A stretch of DNA of 64,000 nucleotides from Podarcis tiliguerta (Eukaryota): assembly GCA_965153285.1 (NCBI GenBank), contig OZ229110.1, one strand, 5' to 3'. Both the position numbers and the translations under genes were made by a program. Shown in pieces: positions 27,748 through 41,605 of the stretch. The notes beneath the pieces are model-generated. The model did no database searches and had not been told where the DNA came from. It saw only the letters and a list, made by a program, of their open reading frames with translations. Position 1 is the stretch's first letter. Each line of letters opens with the position of its first letter.

Positions 27748-29431
27748 TATAGCATGGTATCTCATTCAATCCTTTATGTTTGTTTTTTTACAACAGCTAA
27801 TGGTAGCTGATGATACACTGCATCAAGAATCATGAGAATGATACTGTAACTGGATGCATCACCATGTAAAAGGTAAAGCAACCCATTTCACCTTGTCATC
27901 TGTCAGTCAAGTATATAAAGACTGGCTTTGGGGAGAATAAAGGGAGACTGTTGTTGAAAGGTTCAAAATTACATTGTTTCATTCTATTAAATGCATGAAA
28001 TCCCTGAACATTTAGCCTCACATTTCTGAATGCAAGGCTACCCTCAAATATGGTAATGTTAATCATTATTTACGTAGGGTCAGTGACAAAACATCAACAG
28101 GGTCTTGACAGAGAAACTGGTGTTCCAGGTTTTTGTTCTGACAGGTATCAAAAAAACCTCTCTCAACCAAAAAAAAAAAAGAAAAAAGAAAAAGGACAGT
28201 CCTTAAACCAATGCATAGGCAAGCTGTTCTTCACACCTTTGGTCAGCCCCAAGATAGCTGGCACTGCTACTTCTATGTTTCTTAATTCACCTGAAATATA
28301 TTCAAACTTACTCAGTATATATTTTTTAACTATGGAAGTGGCGGATAAAGTAGAATGGGTGGCTGCTGGAACTGGTCTGCTTACTTCCTTCTGCCAATTT
28401 TGCAACACTGGCAAAATTAAAATGCTTGTAGTTGGAGAAGGAAACACAGATGGTCCCTAGAAATTCACACAACTATGGGGATGAAGCTTGCTCCCTCTCC
28501 AGCTCCAAGGCAGAGGACAGGAGCGGACTTCTCAAAGAGGCAAAGCACAAGACTGGGGAAAACACACTGCTCCTCATTCAAGGACTCTGGTTGCTTAACA
28601 AGGCCAGGCAAAAACTGTGAACGCAGAATAAATATGTTGTTGAAATGTTCCCAAATAAATTAACTTGCATTATGAAAAAAAAAAAAATCAGGAATCTGTT
28701 CTTTAACGTATTTTAACCGGGGCATAGAAGTGTAGTGCCAACATGTATCTGTATGGAATATATGGACAGGCCTTTCATTGAGGGCACGTCACAATGCACT
28801 GACATTATATATTCTCTGCCAAGGGCCAATGAAGGAGACAATGGAAAAGGCCCAGCTGTGGGTCCCTGCTGTATGTGTTTAGGGGGAACAGATTGTGCCA
28901 CGTATTTAGAGCATTCTTCTCTTTCATGCACTTATCCTTGTTAGCACCATATAACAGCAGAATACAGTCCCCAGCAAAGACAGATAGCAACAACAATGGG
29001 TTTTTATACACTGCCCAGGAAAGCCTAATTTATGTAGGTATCAGTCACAAGAAAACAATGGAATCTGAACTATTTCCAGAACCCAATTCCTTAGGGCTGG
29101 CCATGACGCCTTTATCATGCAAGATACAGGTTAGAAATTACCTTGAATTACTGTAAATAAGGGTATATGTGGCCTATTTCAGATGCCACTTAAAGAACAG
29201 TAGACGAGGAAAGGTTTAACAAAACGATGCCATCATAATTAATGAACACTCAAAGACAGCACACTGAACAATGACAATGCTGATCAGCAATTTCTCTTAT
29301 CAGTGCTCTGCACCCTCCAGCAGTATAATAATGCTCTCTGTGTAATAGAACCCAAGTACATTGAATCAAAGCCCTGTCAAAGCATCAGTCTCCCAATTCT
29401 AGAAAGAATGCAATCCAAGAGGCTTTTATTA

Positions 29432-29551
<120 letters not shown>

Positions 29552-30748
29552 CTATTTGAAATAAAAAAGACGTGTTCAGAGCACACTTACAGTTTACTAC
29601 AGTAGAATAAAATGCTTTTGTCACATTTCCAATGTTCCCTACCGTATTCCATTTTTTAAAAACAAACAAACCAAGTTTTGGAATTTTCTAAGCAGAGACA
29701 TGTTTAACGGTCCTTTTTTTAAAAAAATAAAAATCAGGAAGGAACAAATTCATGTCTAGCCTGTTATGACAAAGTTAGTGGGTATAAATGAAATACTGAA
29801 GTTTTGTTGTACTAAGATATAACCCGTCGCTTTTACTCATAAGGAAATATTTAATGTATGGTTCATATATATATCTTCCCCCATTTTTTAAAGAACCGTA
29901 CCAGGAATCAAGCACATTGCTTCTTGAGTGCAGTCCAACACAAATCTTACTGAATATTAGTACCTGGGGTATGAATGACTGAAGTCATATTAAACGAGAA
30001 AAGTAACATACTGCTTCTATTTGTAAATAAGGCCACTGGTCAGCTCTAGGTAGCAAAGCATGCTGTTCTAGGAGAAATCTTATTTTCAGCAAGTGCATAT
30101 AAACCAAGAAAGGTACATAGCCAAGTGAATCTCAGAAGCTGTGCAAGTCACTCTACAAAATGCCAAGCTCAGAAAAAGCCTCCAGTGCCCACTCAGCGTG
30201 ACTAGAGATATACTGGTGTTTTTCCAGTTCGCGCACCTGAATTGATGTAGTACATCGGTACGTGATCTGGCTATGTAGCTTGTCTCTGCAACCAACTAAC
30301 ATCACTCCTTTTAATATGCGTAGGCAGGGAAAAAGACTGCCAGCAAGCCATATGCTTTACTATCCCTGCAAATGGCTAGAGAACCAATCAGCCAAGCAAA
30401 GGTTTTTATTTTTAGCTCCTTATGACAGCGGTCAAAAAAAGAAGAGAAGGGAGTATAAAGTGCGCAGAGAACAGCTAAAAAAAGGCAAGAACCTTTGCTT
30501 GCATACAAATTGGACACTGCAGCACTGGATGCAATGCTAAAATGCTGAAAGTACAATTCTCTGCAGCAACCAATATTCCAGAGCTTGAGTTTGTAAAAGC
30601 AAAATAACAACTAGAGCTAGACTACCATATCTGTAAGCTTCTGTAAATTTATAAATAAGAATTTGAGAATGCAACATGAAATGGTTGTTTATAAAGATTT
30701 TAACATATTGAAAAAACAAGCAACCTTTAGGTTCCAAATCTTCTATGC

Positions 30749-30884
30749 CAGGTGTGGAGAACTCGTCCTTCCAAAAGTTGCTGAACTACAACTCCCATCA
30801 TCACTGACCATTGGCCAGGGTTGCTAGAGCTCATGGAAGTTGTGGTTCCGCAACATCTGGAGAGCCACAGGTTCCCAACACCCT
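30749..30884. mobile_element. Representative of an old ~130-bp hAT-like MITE (ACTACAACTCCCATCA core)
   Basis: CAGGTGTGGAGAAC...GGTTCCCAACACCCT ends with a palindromic core. Similar copies near 20404, 26260, 33549 and 42097. Confidence 0.6.
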
Positions 30885-32339
30885 ATACAGAGCTTTAGAT
30901 ATCTAGAAGGACCACCTCTTGCATGAACCCAGGTGTTGTCAAGAGCCGCAGCTATCAGGAAAGGCCATGCTATGCATCTCTGTGCCATGTGAGATGCAGA
31001 GAATGGAAACGTGGGACTGGTCCTTCCCATCAGCAGTGCAAGGTTTATGGAACTTGCTGCCCTATGATATCTATCTCACTGGGCATATGCAGAGAGCAAG
31101 TAAAAAGAAGCTTGGTTGAATGTGCATTTTGAATGTGCATTTGGTTGAATGTGTTCTTGATGCTATTTACTTTATACTATTGCTGGAAAACTGACCAGTT
31201 GCCTGATCTAGTTCAAGAGTCTATGCTGCCTGGCAGCAGCTCCATAAGGACTGGGTAAGACATTTTCCCAGTCCGACCTGCAGAAGCCAGGCACTATGTG
31301 CAAACAGTCCCATAACTAAGCTATGCCACTTAGTTGTGGTCCTTGCCAATTTCAAATTGTTGTTTAATTATTGTTTCGCATCACTGATTGCAAGACATCT
31401 TGAGGATTCAACTTGAGTGGAAGGTGCAAGTTATAAACAAAACCAAAAAAAAACAAAAACAGAGCATTTCAGTATTGCTTACTGCAAACATCTGAAATGA
31501 AGTGATTCATTTGGGTCTCTTTTAATGCTCATTTTTGAGGATTAGGAGCTATTTATTTATTTGCGTCCACTACTTTGACGCTCTATTACGTGAGACTGCC
31601 TAAGATTAAAATTCTCTTTGTCTGTCACAAGAGCAGTCAACTGTGAATCTCTCAGACTTCCACCCTCACTACTTTTTGCTACCTGAACTTAATCAATAGA
31701 TTTCCAACTGCTGTCTTCACTACATGCACGGCTGCTCAGGAAACCTCTAGTCATTTATTTTGGGGCACTGTTAACTCCTCTTTCCCCCCTCCATCAGCCA
31801 CTGCCCCCTCTGCTTCTGTGTAGGAATATTATTCCTACACGGTAAAAAGGAGGAGGGGGAAAGAGAGGGAATCCATTATATATGTTAAAAGCCCAAATTC
31901 AAGTAGAAAAACAGACTATTTGCAATGCTGCAACAGCAAAAAAACTGGCAAACCTGGGTCCTTGTGCAGAACAAATAGGGAAGTGCTTAAAACATACGCA
32001 ATATTTTCCATAAACGATAGTCTGACAAATCCAGTGTTAACAAGTCCGCCCTCCCCAACAATGGAAAAGGCATGTATAAACATTTAATCCTGCTTTCCCC
32101 TCCAAGATATATATAAAAAATTAACACTGAGTTAACACATCTAAATTAACACATCTGAGACCATGTGGAGCTTAATCACCCCTTAATTGCACATGAAAGG
32201 CTGTAGCTCAATGGCAGACCACATGCTTTGCATGAAAAAGGTCTCATGTTCAGTCCTCAGAAGCTATATAAAGGGCTATATAGGATGGATATTTTGAATC
32301 GCCTTTCAGGCTAAGTCATCTTCGTAAGGCGGTTTACAT

Positions 32340-32700
32340 ATTATTTATTAGATTTATATACTGCATTTTATTAAAAGATCTCAGAGTTGTTCACAAGATA
32401 AAAACACAAGTAATTAAAACAAAAACAATAGCTTCCCCTTCCCACACACATGTAAAATATTAATCAGCCAAAGGCCTGGTTGAGGAGGAACATTTTTGCC
32501 TGGCACATGATATATAATGAAAGCACCAGGTGTACCTCTCTGGGAACAGCACTCCAAAAATGGGGAGCACTGCAGAAAAGGCCAGTTCCCGTGTTATTGG
32601 ACCTCACATGGAGGAGGCACATGAAGAACAGCCTCAGAGGATGACCATAGAGTCTAGGCAGGTTTATATGGGGAGAGGCAGTTTTTGAGGTATTATATAT
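32340..32700 (-). mobile_element. Old L2-type LINE 3' fragment
   Basis: Resembles the L2 3' end at 51776-52450 (GCAGAAAAGGCC, TTGAGGTA). Boundaries approximate. Confidence 0.55.
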
Positions 32701-32874
32701 AGTCTATTTTTAAAAAAATCCAGTAAGATTGCAAAACACTAAACCATAATAAACAAAACAGAAGTAGCAAAAATAACCATCAGATAAACCAACAGATTAA
32801 TACTTCAACACCAAACTGAACAGTTTTTAAAAGATGGCAACATAAAGTTATCTATATGCAGACTGTAATAAATA

Positions 32875-33065
32875 AAGTGGTACCTCAGGTTACAGACTCT
32901 GCTAACCCAGAAATAGTACCTTGGGTTAAGAACTTTGCTTCAGGATGAGAACAGAAATTGCACGGCAGCAGCAGCAGCAGCAGGAGGCCCCATTAGCTAA
33001 AGTGATACCTCAGGTTCAGAACGGACCTACGGAATGAATTAAGTTCTTAACCCGAGGTACTACTG
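32875..33065. mobile_element. Tigger-like MITE, family A (internally deleted)
   Basis: Collinear with 27522-27747, mutated TIRs. Confidence 0.8.
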
Positions 33066-34040
33066 TAGGACTTCAGAGCTCTTCCAAAGACTTGCAAGTA
33101 AGGGTAATGAACATGTTTCTCAGGAAAGATATTCCAGAGTTGCAGGGCCAGCCTAGCAGTTCTCGCCGATGGATCTGATATTGGGGCCTCTGATGCCAGC
33201 CTTAAGGCTTGGGCATGTGAGTGCAGGTGGTCTATCCAATAGCCTTCCAGGTTATGTAAGTTAGCCCTTTAGGAGGACTGCAAGCCTGTCCAGAATCATT
33301 TCTGTTCTACCACCCAGATCAGCAGATTTCTTGACCCATGATGTCTTTGTCTTGTACATTTGTTTACCACCATCTATCTCCAAGGTGCCCAAAACATCTG
33401 CTCAGGGCTTCTTCCACTGTCTTGGTACTGACAGATGAAAAAGAGCTGCATGTCATCCACATACAGATGACAACCTCAGCTCAGACTTCTGGAATGTTGA
33501 TCCTATGCTAACTTGCTTTCAAGCATTCCCTGATCTACAATAATAAGCCAGGAACCTGGGTCCTCCAGATGTTGCTGCTCTGCACTCCTCATCACCCCTG
33601 ACCACGGGCAATGTTGACTGGGAGTGATGGAAGATTGAGTTCAACAGCACCTAGTGAGTGACAGGTTCCACTCCCCCAATCTTTTTCGTATATATTGAAG
33701 ATCTAAACCTACAATAGGCCCTGCACATAAATGAATTGTGTAAGCAGGGATCTACAAGACCCAGAAGGAAGAGGTGGAATATTTTCCATTATAGCAACTG
33801 AGTAGTATAAGAGCAAAGAATAACATAGATCAGAATCTAGAGTTCCAGTGACTTAACAGAACCTAGCATGTTAAGTGCTTTCAGTTTTGTGGGAATCTTC
33901 AGGGTGGCAGGAGAGGATATATTGTTTATTAATATCCTTCCTAACTTGCACTTCCTTTACTCATGAGCAAGTTCCTTTACTCATCAGAGTGCACTCCCCT
34001 TTAAAGAGCAGAAAACTAGTTGCAAACTCGTGCAAGTTTC

Positions 34041-34532
34041 TTAAGACAATACGCAATTCAATCTGGCTTGTCCCGATTGAATTGTGTTCTAATTTCCTGG
34101 TAAGACCCCTTGAATCCCTCCTAAAAGAATAAAGACACCACAGTCTTGTTCATAAGCAATAAAAAGAAAGTTTACTCACGATCAGGCAGAGCACAGTGTG
34201 ATCCCTAAAGGCAGGCTTAAGGCTTAAAGTTACAAGCATATACAAAGAGGTTTACCCCATATGTAGGTTGACCTAATGACTGCAGTTAGCAGACCAGAAA
34301 GTTTGCAGGACAAAAGGAAGATGGAAAAGAGGAGAGAGACTGGCAGCATGCCTTGGCCTTTTACCAGGTCTGGAAAGGTCACGGCTACCCACTAGTCACA
34401 TGCAAAGAAGGATGTTCCAGGCCGGGAGGAACAGGAAATTTTGACTGGCTGGACCAAAAATTCCCTTGCATGTCCACTATAGGAAAACAAGGAATGTTGT
34501 ACTTGACTGGTTTCAGGGGATTACGTCCCACA
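34041..34532 (-). mobile_element. Probable solo LTR
   Basis: AGTTTC repeated at 34035-34040 and 34533-34538. Minus strand begins TGTGGG and has AGTAAA followed by a GT/T-rich tract. The other terminus is non-canonical. Confidence 0.55.
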
Positions 34533-35208
34533 AGTTTCACCTGCTGCCTAATCCTACGTGGATTTTTCTATATTACAATTATATAGAATAGATATGTTGT
34601 TGTATCTTATTGTAAAACCCTCACGAAAAAAATTCTGATAACGGGGTAGTATAACACACACACAGGGGTTTTTTTTTTATCTCTTGAACAAAAACATTTC
34701 TGACAAAGTTATGGATTGTTCTCATGAACAAAGTACCTTTCAGGCCATCAGTACTTTCATCTTTCCGTTTCAACCATCTACTTTTATAGCCACCAGGATC
34801 TACCATATCCAAATGAGCTGAAAGTAATTATATCCAAAGTATCTTCCATTATGGAGATAAACCGTTTTCATTCCTGGCCAAATTGTTTTGGTGCTGCACT
34901 GCATCCCTCTGCAGGGAATCCACAAACCTTTACGAGTGGCTTTCTGGACAGTGTAAAGGAAGACTAGACTGTGCATGTCCCTTTGCATCTTGAGCCTGGG
35001 TGCTTATTCTTCCATAGTGTTTTCCCCTTCATGCTTTTATTGTGAGTTTTTAATTTTATTTTTTTACCTTTGCTTTCAACAGAGCAACAACCAGGAAGTA
35101 CTGTCAGGGTTAAAAATGCAGCTAACTATGCTGCAGTGTACTTATGGACAAACCCCCATGGCTTCCATCTTTATGGCGAGAAAGACATGCTTCTACTGAT
35201 TTGCTGAC

Positions 35209-35338
35209 CTTTATCATCTCTTCATGGATCCCATAGTGGCCATATGAGCTGAAGTAACCATCTTCCTCATCCTCTTTTAGGTCCGCAATGGCGCCACTTC
35301 TGACTTCTGTGTTCATTACGAAATCCTGGGCAAATTGT
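35209..35338 (-). CDS. PRMT3: PRMT3 coding exon 7 (QFAQDFVMNTEVRSGAIADLKEDEEDGYFSSYGHYGIHEEMIK)
   Basis: CAG acceptor, GTCAGC donor, 130 nt. Type I PRMT YFxxY motif and IHEEM. Confidence 0.97.
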
Positions 35339-36679
35339 CTGTAATCAATTTGGAACAGACCCTTGAGACACGTTAAGGAGACCATAAAAAGGAATGCGGG
35401 GAGGGTGTGTGAAGAGAGAAAGCATGCAAGTTTCACGGGGCTATCGTGGATCTGAAGCATGCTGAAGCTCCCCCTGCTGGCTGCTGTGCAGGACACTGCA
35501 ATGTACAAAATTTATATTCTCTTTGCATGCTAGCCTCAGTATTTTTCCACATTTCAGATTCCCTAGAACTCATGATTTGGAAACCTGACTTGCTATTTTC
35601 ACAAGATACCTTCAAGATAAAAAGCCTTCCACATCAAGCCATTTAAAGTAGATGCTATCGTTAACCTTAAATGCAACAACTATACCAAGGAGGACGCACT
35701 TTTGAAGGTGTTCTTAAAAGGCAGGCAAACAAGCGGAGAAGCCAGGGATACAGATCCCCCAATTACCCAAATGGTATAGCACAAGATGTCCTTATTACGT
35801 ATAATTGAAAATAATTAGCAATAAAACAGAAAATGATCTTTCAAGGACAAGCAATCGGCTATGGGGGAAAAAAAGGCAGCCATAAAAAGTACCATGTTTT
35901 CAAAGCGACTGTAATATGCAGCTGGAAGAACAGCTCACTCACTTTAACAGCGCAATCCTACAGCAGCAGGGGACAAAGGATCTGCGGCAGAAAAAGTGCC
36001 AAATTCAAAGCCCTGCTGGTTTTATGCAGCTACGGCAGATGATGGCAAGGGGGCTGGACTGGCATACCCCCCACCCCAAGGGAATGGATCCAAAGAACAT
36101 GGGAGGGCTTGGCGTCCCCAATGCCCCCCTGATCTACTCCAAAACACCTTTTTGCTGTCACAACCACTGGAGCACTAATGACAGTATGGTGGCCATTTCC
36201 ATGCCCACCACGTGAAGGCGTGTAAAAGTGAATCTCATTCACCATCCATGGACCTCCCTCTCCGTAGAGAGAGAGAAGGTCCACACTTTAGGGATGGACA
36301 GTCCATCACTTCAAATGCTTATTTGCTTTTTCATTGCTCATTTTTCTATAATACGTTAATTTAGACATTACTACAGCAGTCCAGATTCTGTAGAGCCATT
36401 CTGAACCTGATGCGGCAATACTCCCCTTGCCCCCCAATTTATTTGCTGAACAAATCTGAAAGCAGTGATAAGATCTGCTACCACTTCCAAATCAACGCCT
36501 AAAATGAAAGGTTTTAAATAGCCTAATAGAACTTTTTTAGGTTCTGGAAATAATAAATATCTACTACTTTTCCTGATTAGATTCTGGGATGTGTTCTAAA
36601 TGATCAGATATTCCCTATATATGTGTAAGTCTGCCAGTGGAGCTCTAAATCTCCAACAATTCCTGTGTTGGTGAATATA

Positions 36680-36913
36680 CCGTATTTTTCGCTCTATAAG
36701 GCGCACCAGACCACAAGACGCACCTAGTTTTTGGAGGAGGAAAACAAGAAAAAAAATATTCTGAATCTCAGAAGCCAGAACAGCAATCTATCCCTCTTGC
36801 TGTTCTGGCTTCTGTGATAGCTGCGCAGCCTGCATTCGCTCCATAAGACGCACACACATTTCCCCTTACTTTTTAGGAGGGAAAAAGTGAGTCTTATAGA
36901 ACAAAAAATACGG
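36680..36913. mobile_element. Non-autonomous TcMar (Tc2/pogo-like) element, same family as 6954-7498, opposite orientation
   Basis: TIRs CCGTATTTTT...AAAAATACGG, TA TSD. Shares the CACACACATTTCCCC and GCACCTAGTTTTT subterminal blocks. Confidence 0.85.
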
Positions 36914-39023
36914 TAATTATTTTGTAGAATTAATTTCTCCATTAAGTTCCAGGTTTTTTTGCAAGAGAAGGGGGCAATAAGTTGAAGAAGAGACTAGAGT
37001 AGCTGTGATCAGTGCATTATGAATTGAAACCATGGACTGTAGGAACAGCAACTACACCTTTAACTAGGAAATACCTCATCAAAACACTTGATTTTGGAGT
37101 TTCAAGTAGAATGGTTTTAAACAGCTTCTTCCTGTGGTGTAAAGCAGATATGCTGGTTTAGAATCTGGTTAACCACAGAGGTGGGAGGCCAATTAAAATG
37201 GTCAACCCCTAGAGACTGATGGATTGAAAGGGATTTCTGATGCCTCTGAGGGATTTTCTAACTCACATAGCTGGCCATTCTGCTGATGGCCTGATCACTT
37301 CTGTGCTCCACAGATTAATGCAGGCGCTCCTAAGGCCTTCCCCCCCCTATGAATGATTCCCAAAAGTTCCTTGAATTACTGATGAGCTATGTTTATGGTG
37401 CCTGGCTGATGTTGCTCAGTGCCATCTAGCAGAGCCTTTCACATCATGGTCCTCAGAAAGTTACAAGAAGCCATGGAAGCCCACTGTGATCTGCTTGTGA
37501 AGAACTTTGCAGATAAAATTGTTCAGATCCATTTTGACTTGGACTCCAGCTTGCCAGCAGAGTAAGGAATCTGTCAGGCAGGCCTGGTGTTGCAAATCCA
37601 GAGATTTGGGTTGAAAAGTCCTCAACATACACCCAACTCTCCCTCTCATTTTCATCTGATCCCAGGGAGGGAGCTGAAAGGCTGAATTGTGCTGTAACTC
37701 TGAAGGACTGGATAGGCTGCAAAGAAGCTGAAACTTAATGCAGACAAAACAGAACTATTTGTAGGTTGACTGTGTGACTCAGGACTGAGTTCACAGCCAA
37801 TTCTGCATGAAGTTTTTTCTCTGAATGACCAGGTATGCATAGTTGGAATATAGGGAAGTATTCCTCAATCCAGATCTCACATTTGTTATACGTGGTGTTG
37901 GTTACTAAGGGTGTGCTTTTTTGAGCTTGGGCTACTGTGCCAGGTACAGTCCTTCCAGACAAAACAGGCTTTGCCTTCATTCATATTCTAGTGACCAGCA
38001 GCTTAAAGACACATGTAACTCTGACAGTCTATGTGGGGCTCCTCTTGAAAAAGTGTTTGGTCACCTCAATTACTGCAAAATCACAAAAGTCAAAATGCTG
38101 GCATGAGCTAGGTGTTTTGATTCTATCATGCCATTTCTACAGGCTTAGCTAAAAGCAGGCTTAGCTAAAATATTTAAACCTCTTAACAACTTGGGAACTA
38201 CCTCCTGTATGTTCTTTCCCGCATGTTCCAATTGTCATTGGGGTCCTGCTGCAAATCCCTCAAACTTGGAAGACAAGGCTGGTAGGCCAGCTAAAGGTAG
38301 GGACTGTTGTGGCTCCTACCCTATGGAACACCTTTGCAAGGAAATCCATCAGGCCCCATCACTATACTGCTTCAGGCAGCGGGTGAAGGCCTGGTCTTTT
38401 TCTACAAAAAAGGTATTTCCCTACTTGTGTTAATTTTGCTGAATCGGCTTTTAGGGATTGTACCTGATGTTCCATTTCTTCTACTTTATGTTAGCTGCCT
38501 TGGCTCTCCTTGGATAAACAGGAGAGGTAGATCTTTTAAAAACTAAAAATAAAGTAAAATGCCTCTTTCCCCTCCACATTAACACCTCAGGAAACATGAT
38601 GTGCAAATCCTCAATTTATTTATTTATATTTGATTTGATTTTTAATTTCGTGCAAGCGCTTTCACTCGCCTTCTTCTTCTCTAACAGCAAGCGCCAAACG
38701 TTACTTCCAAATCCCCCATTTATAAGAATTTTTAACTTTCAAAATAGAAAGAGTACTGCAGGAACTGCCATGTCTGTGACATCCCTACACTGTGGAATAG
38801 GAATGGCAGCTGTATTATTTGTTTGCAGAATCCTGCTTCCCAACAACTTAGGCGGAGACTCGGTCTCTCTGTCAACACATATATCCGAATTTCATAAGGA
38901 ATGTACTCACCTCTTTCTAATCCATTCAGATGAAGCATCATCCTGCTGAGTTTCTAGTGGCCTAAGCGCTAAAAGATGCTTCAGTCTAATAGATACTAGA
39001 GTAAAAGGCTCTCTGGCCAATAC

Positions 39024-39177
39024 CTCATTTTTTGAAGATCTTCTTGGGCTCTGGCCAATGCTGCTTCTGCCAGCTCTGCTTTGTGCTCTGCATGTTTCAA
39101 ACGCTCAATGGGAGACGAAGTCTCAGTTAGTCCATTAGAACAATAGATGTCAGTGGAGTCAAGGAGATCTTCTATAT
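39024..39177 (-). CDS. PRMT3: PRMT3 coding exon 6 (DIEDLLDSTDIYCSNGL...AEAALARAQEDLQKMR)
   Basis: CAG acceptor, GTATTG donor, 154 nt. Helical segment visible in ORF 38996..39205. Confidence 0.96.
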
Positions 39178-39494
39178 CTGGAAATGAACCAAGAGAATTT
39201 ATCACACAGTGTGCAAATATTAAGAGTTACTGAGTGTTTGGGATCCAAATAACTGCATGGCTTGTTCTGTACGCCAATAAGGCTATATTTATTACTACAT
39301 TTTGTAAGTCTATTTATATCCCATCTTTCCTCTAAGGTGCTCAATCTAAACATAGAATGCCATCTGTGTTCATCTGAAGATATGAGAGGTTTTTCTTGGC
39401 CTAGAATATATCCGCCCTTTAAACCATCAGTATATAAAGCTGCACATTTTCATCATCTGTAAGTATACAAATTTAAAATTAAAAAGAACCCTAC

Positions 39495-39597
39495 CAAACT
39501 GGAGTAAGAGGTCATTTTCCAGGACAGGCTTCAGATATTTCTCTTCCTCCCAAGGAAATGGTGTACTGATAGAACTCAAATAATCTACAGTTGGTTT
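39495..39597 (-). CDS. PRMT3: PRMT3 coding exon 5 (KPTVDYLSSISTPFPWEEEKYLKPVLENDLLLQF)
   Basis: CAG acceptor, GTAGGG donor, 103 nt. Conserved YLKPVLE.DLLLQF. Confidence 0.96.
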
Positions 39598-40239
39598 CTG
39601 AAATAGAAAATAAATATTCTGTATAATGTTCTTAACATGTTTAAACTATGCTTAATGTTGTAAAAATATCCTTATAGTCACTGCAGAAGGAAAATAATGA
39701 AAAAGTCTGGTATCAAACCTGAACTCTAACAAGTATTAACTGAGAGCTTGGGCAAGTAACTGTGGTGTTCCAAAATGCTGAATCTTTCTTGCTATTTGTA
39801 CACTAGACCAGCCCAATCTATTTTGGCACCCACCTGAAGTGGATCCCAAAATGGTGTCCCCCATTTTGGTGAGGGAGGAACAACAGCAGGATTAGGGGCA
39901 TATGTGGAAATTGACATCAGAATATGCTGTCCCTGAGGGTTCTTAAAATTGTATTCAAGCCCTACCAGTAGCATAAAATGACCAAAAACAGTATATATGA
40001 TACACATTTGCCATATATTCTACATCTGAACAGAACCTTTCTCTCTCTCCATTGCACATCTTACCATACCCAAATCTGCAGCCTTAATATATTTTACATG
40101 TACAAATTTAACTAAACAAATTGTAAGTATGAAAACAATGGATAGTAATTGCATGTTTAGAAAAAAGTGACCATTTTCCTCATAAACCTATTACTAAACT
40201 TTAAACCAATGCTGACTAGCATGGCTTTGAAGAGACATA

Positions 40240-40596
40240 AAGGTAAAGGTAAAGGGACCCCTGACCATTAGGTCCAGTCGTGATCAACTCTGGGGTTGCA
40301 GCTCTCATCTCGCTTTATTGGCTGAGGGAGCTGGCATACAGCTTCCGGGTCATGTGGCCAGCATGACTAAGCCGCTTCTAGCAAACCAGAGCAGCGCACG
40401 GAAACGCCGTTTACCTTCCCACTCAAGTAGTACCTATGTTTCTACTTCAACTTTGACGTGCTTTCAAACTGCTAGGTTGGCAGGAGCAGGGACCGAGCAA
40501 CGAGAGCTCACCCCATCGCGGGGATTCGAACCACCAACCTTCTGATCGGCAAGTCCTAGGCTCTGTGGTTTAACCCACAGCGCCACCCGCGTCCCC
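40240..40596 (-). mobile_element. Full-length Sauria SINE (Squam1-type)
   Basis: Minus strand starts GGGACGCGGGTGGCGCTGTGG (A box), has a GGTTCGAATCCC B box and an (ACCTTT)n tail. 13-bp TSD TTGAAGAGACATA at 40227-40239 and 40597-40609. Confidence 0.92.
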
Positions 40597-40654
40597 TTGA
40601 AGAGACATAGCATAGTATAACTTAACTTTAGTCAGATAATACTCGGTAACTTAC

Positions 40655-40704
40655 TTCCAGCCTAATAAAGTTCACTAGCTTGATGTAACCATAGAAATCG
40701 AGTC
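40655..40704 (-). CDS. PRMT3: PRMT3 coding exon 4 (RLDFYGYIKLVNFIRLE)
   Basis: TAG acceptor, GTAAGT donor, 50 nt. Conserved FYGYIKL.NFIR motif. Confidence 0.96.
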
Positions 40705-41522
40705 CTAGAAAAGAGAGAGAGAGAAAAACAGAAGTAGTGTGTTTGGTCAAGCTGAAAAGTCAGTCAACGTTTTAATCTATTTACCACTGGAATTCAGACA
40801 TGGTTGTTTCTTTCTGCTGAACTATTTTATTCCATATTATGATCTCTAGACTGTTTTTTTTAATATCACCCTATAGAAGACTGCCAAGAATATGCCATCT
40901 CTTTTACTGGCTCACGCTTACAATACATTTGAGTGTTTTCTGTTGTAATAGCAGGCAGTTTGCCACCACACAAAAGGTATTTCATAGCTCACAGATACCA
41001 TTTACAATAGTATTAAGCAATTTTCTTGTAGTCCAGATCCAGACATCTCTCTTAGGCTCAAAAGTTCCAGTATGTATACAGAGCTAATCCACAGAGACTT
41101 GATGACACACCCATTCATGTAGACTGCTTATCTTTAGCCTCCAATATCTGTTGAGTGTCTAACACCAACAATCTTGCTTGTCACACCCAACATGGTAGAT
41201 TTTGCATGTTTCTGTGTTTGGCAACTTATACTGTAGTGCTAATGAACCAATCTTTTATGTAGATTAAGATGCTTCAAATAATGCTATTCAGCTTCCCTTA
41301 TTCTCTCTCTCTGCTTCACTGCATAGAATTATTTTAATCATACTGAAACAGAACACAATAAGACATTCATACAAGCACTTAAAACAGTTTAACTAAAGAC
41401 ACTTAAAGTATACGTAAAATCGTTTCCCAGTGCTCTGAAATCTGGGTTTTATTTCACAGGTTAAGACCCATTCATCAATTTGTAAAATGTAAACTTGCAG
41501 CAAAACGCAGACATAAACTTAC

Positions 41523-41605
41523 TGTGTTTATGAGCCAGATTTCCAATATTGAACCCATGATCTGATGTACAATGGCAAAAAGCATCTTCAGCTGAACTGA
41601 AAAAT
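41523..41605 (-). CDS. PRMT3: PRMT3 coding exon 3 (FFSSAEDAFCHCTSDHGFNIGNLAHKH)
   Basis: AAG acceptor, GTAAGT donor, 83 nt. Supplies the H-x4-H of the zinc finger. Confidence 0.95.
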
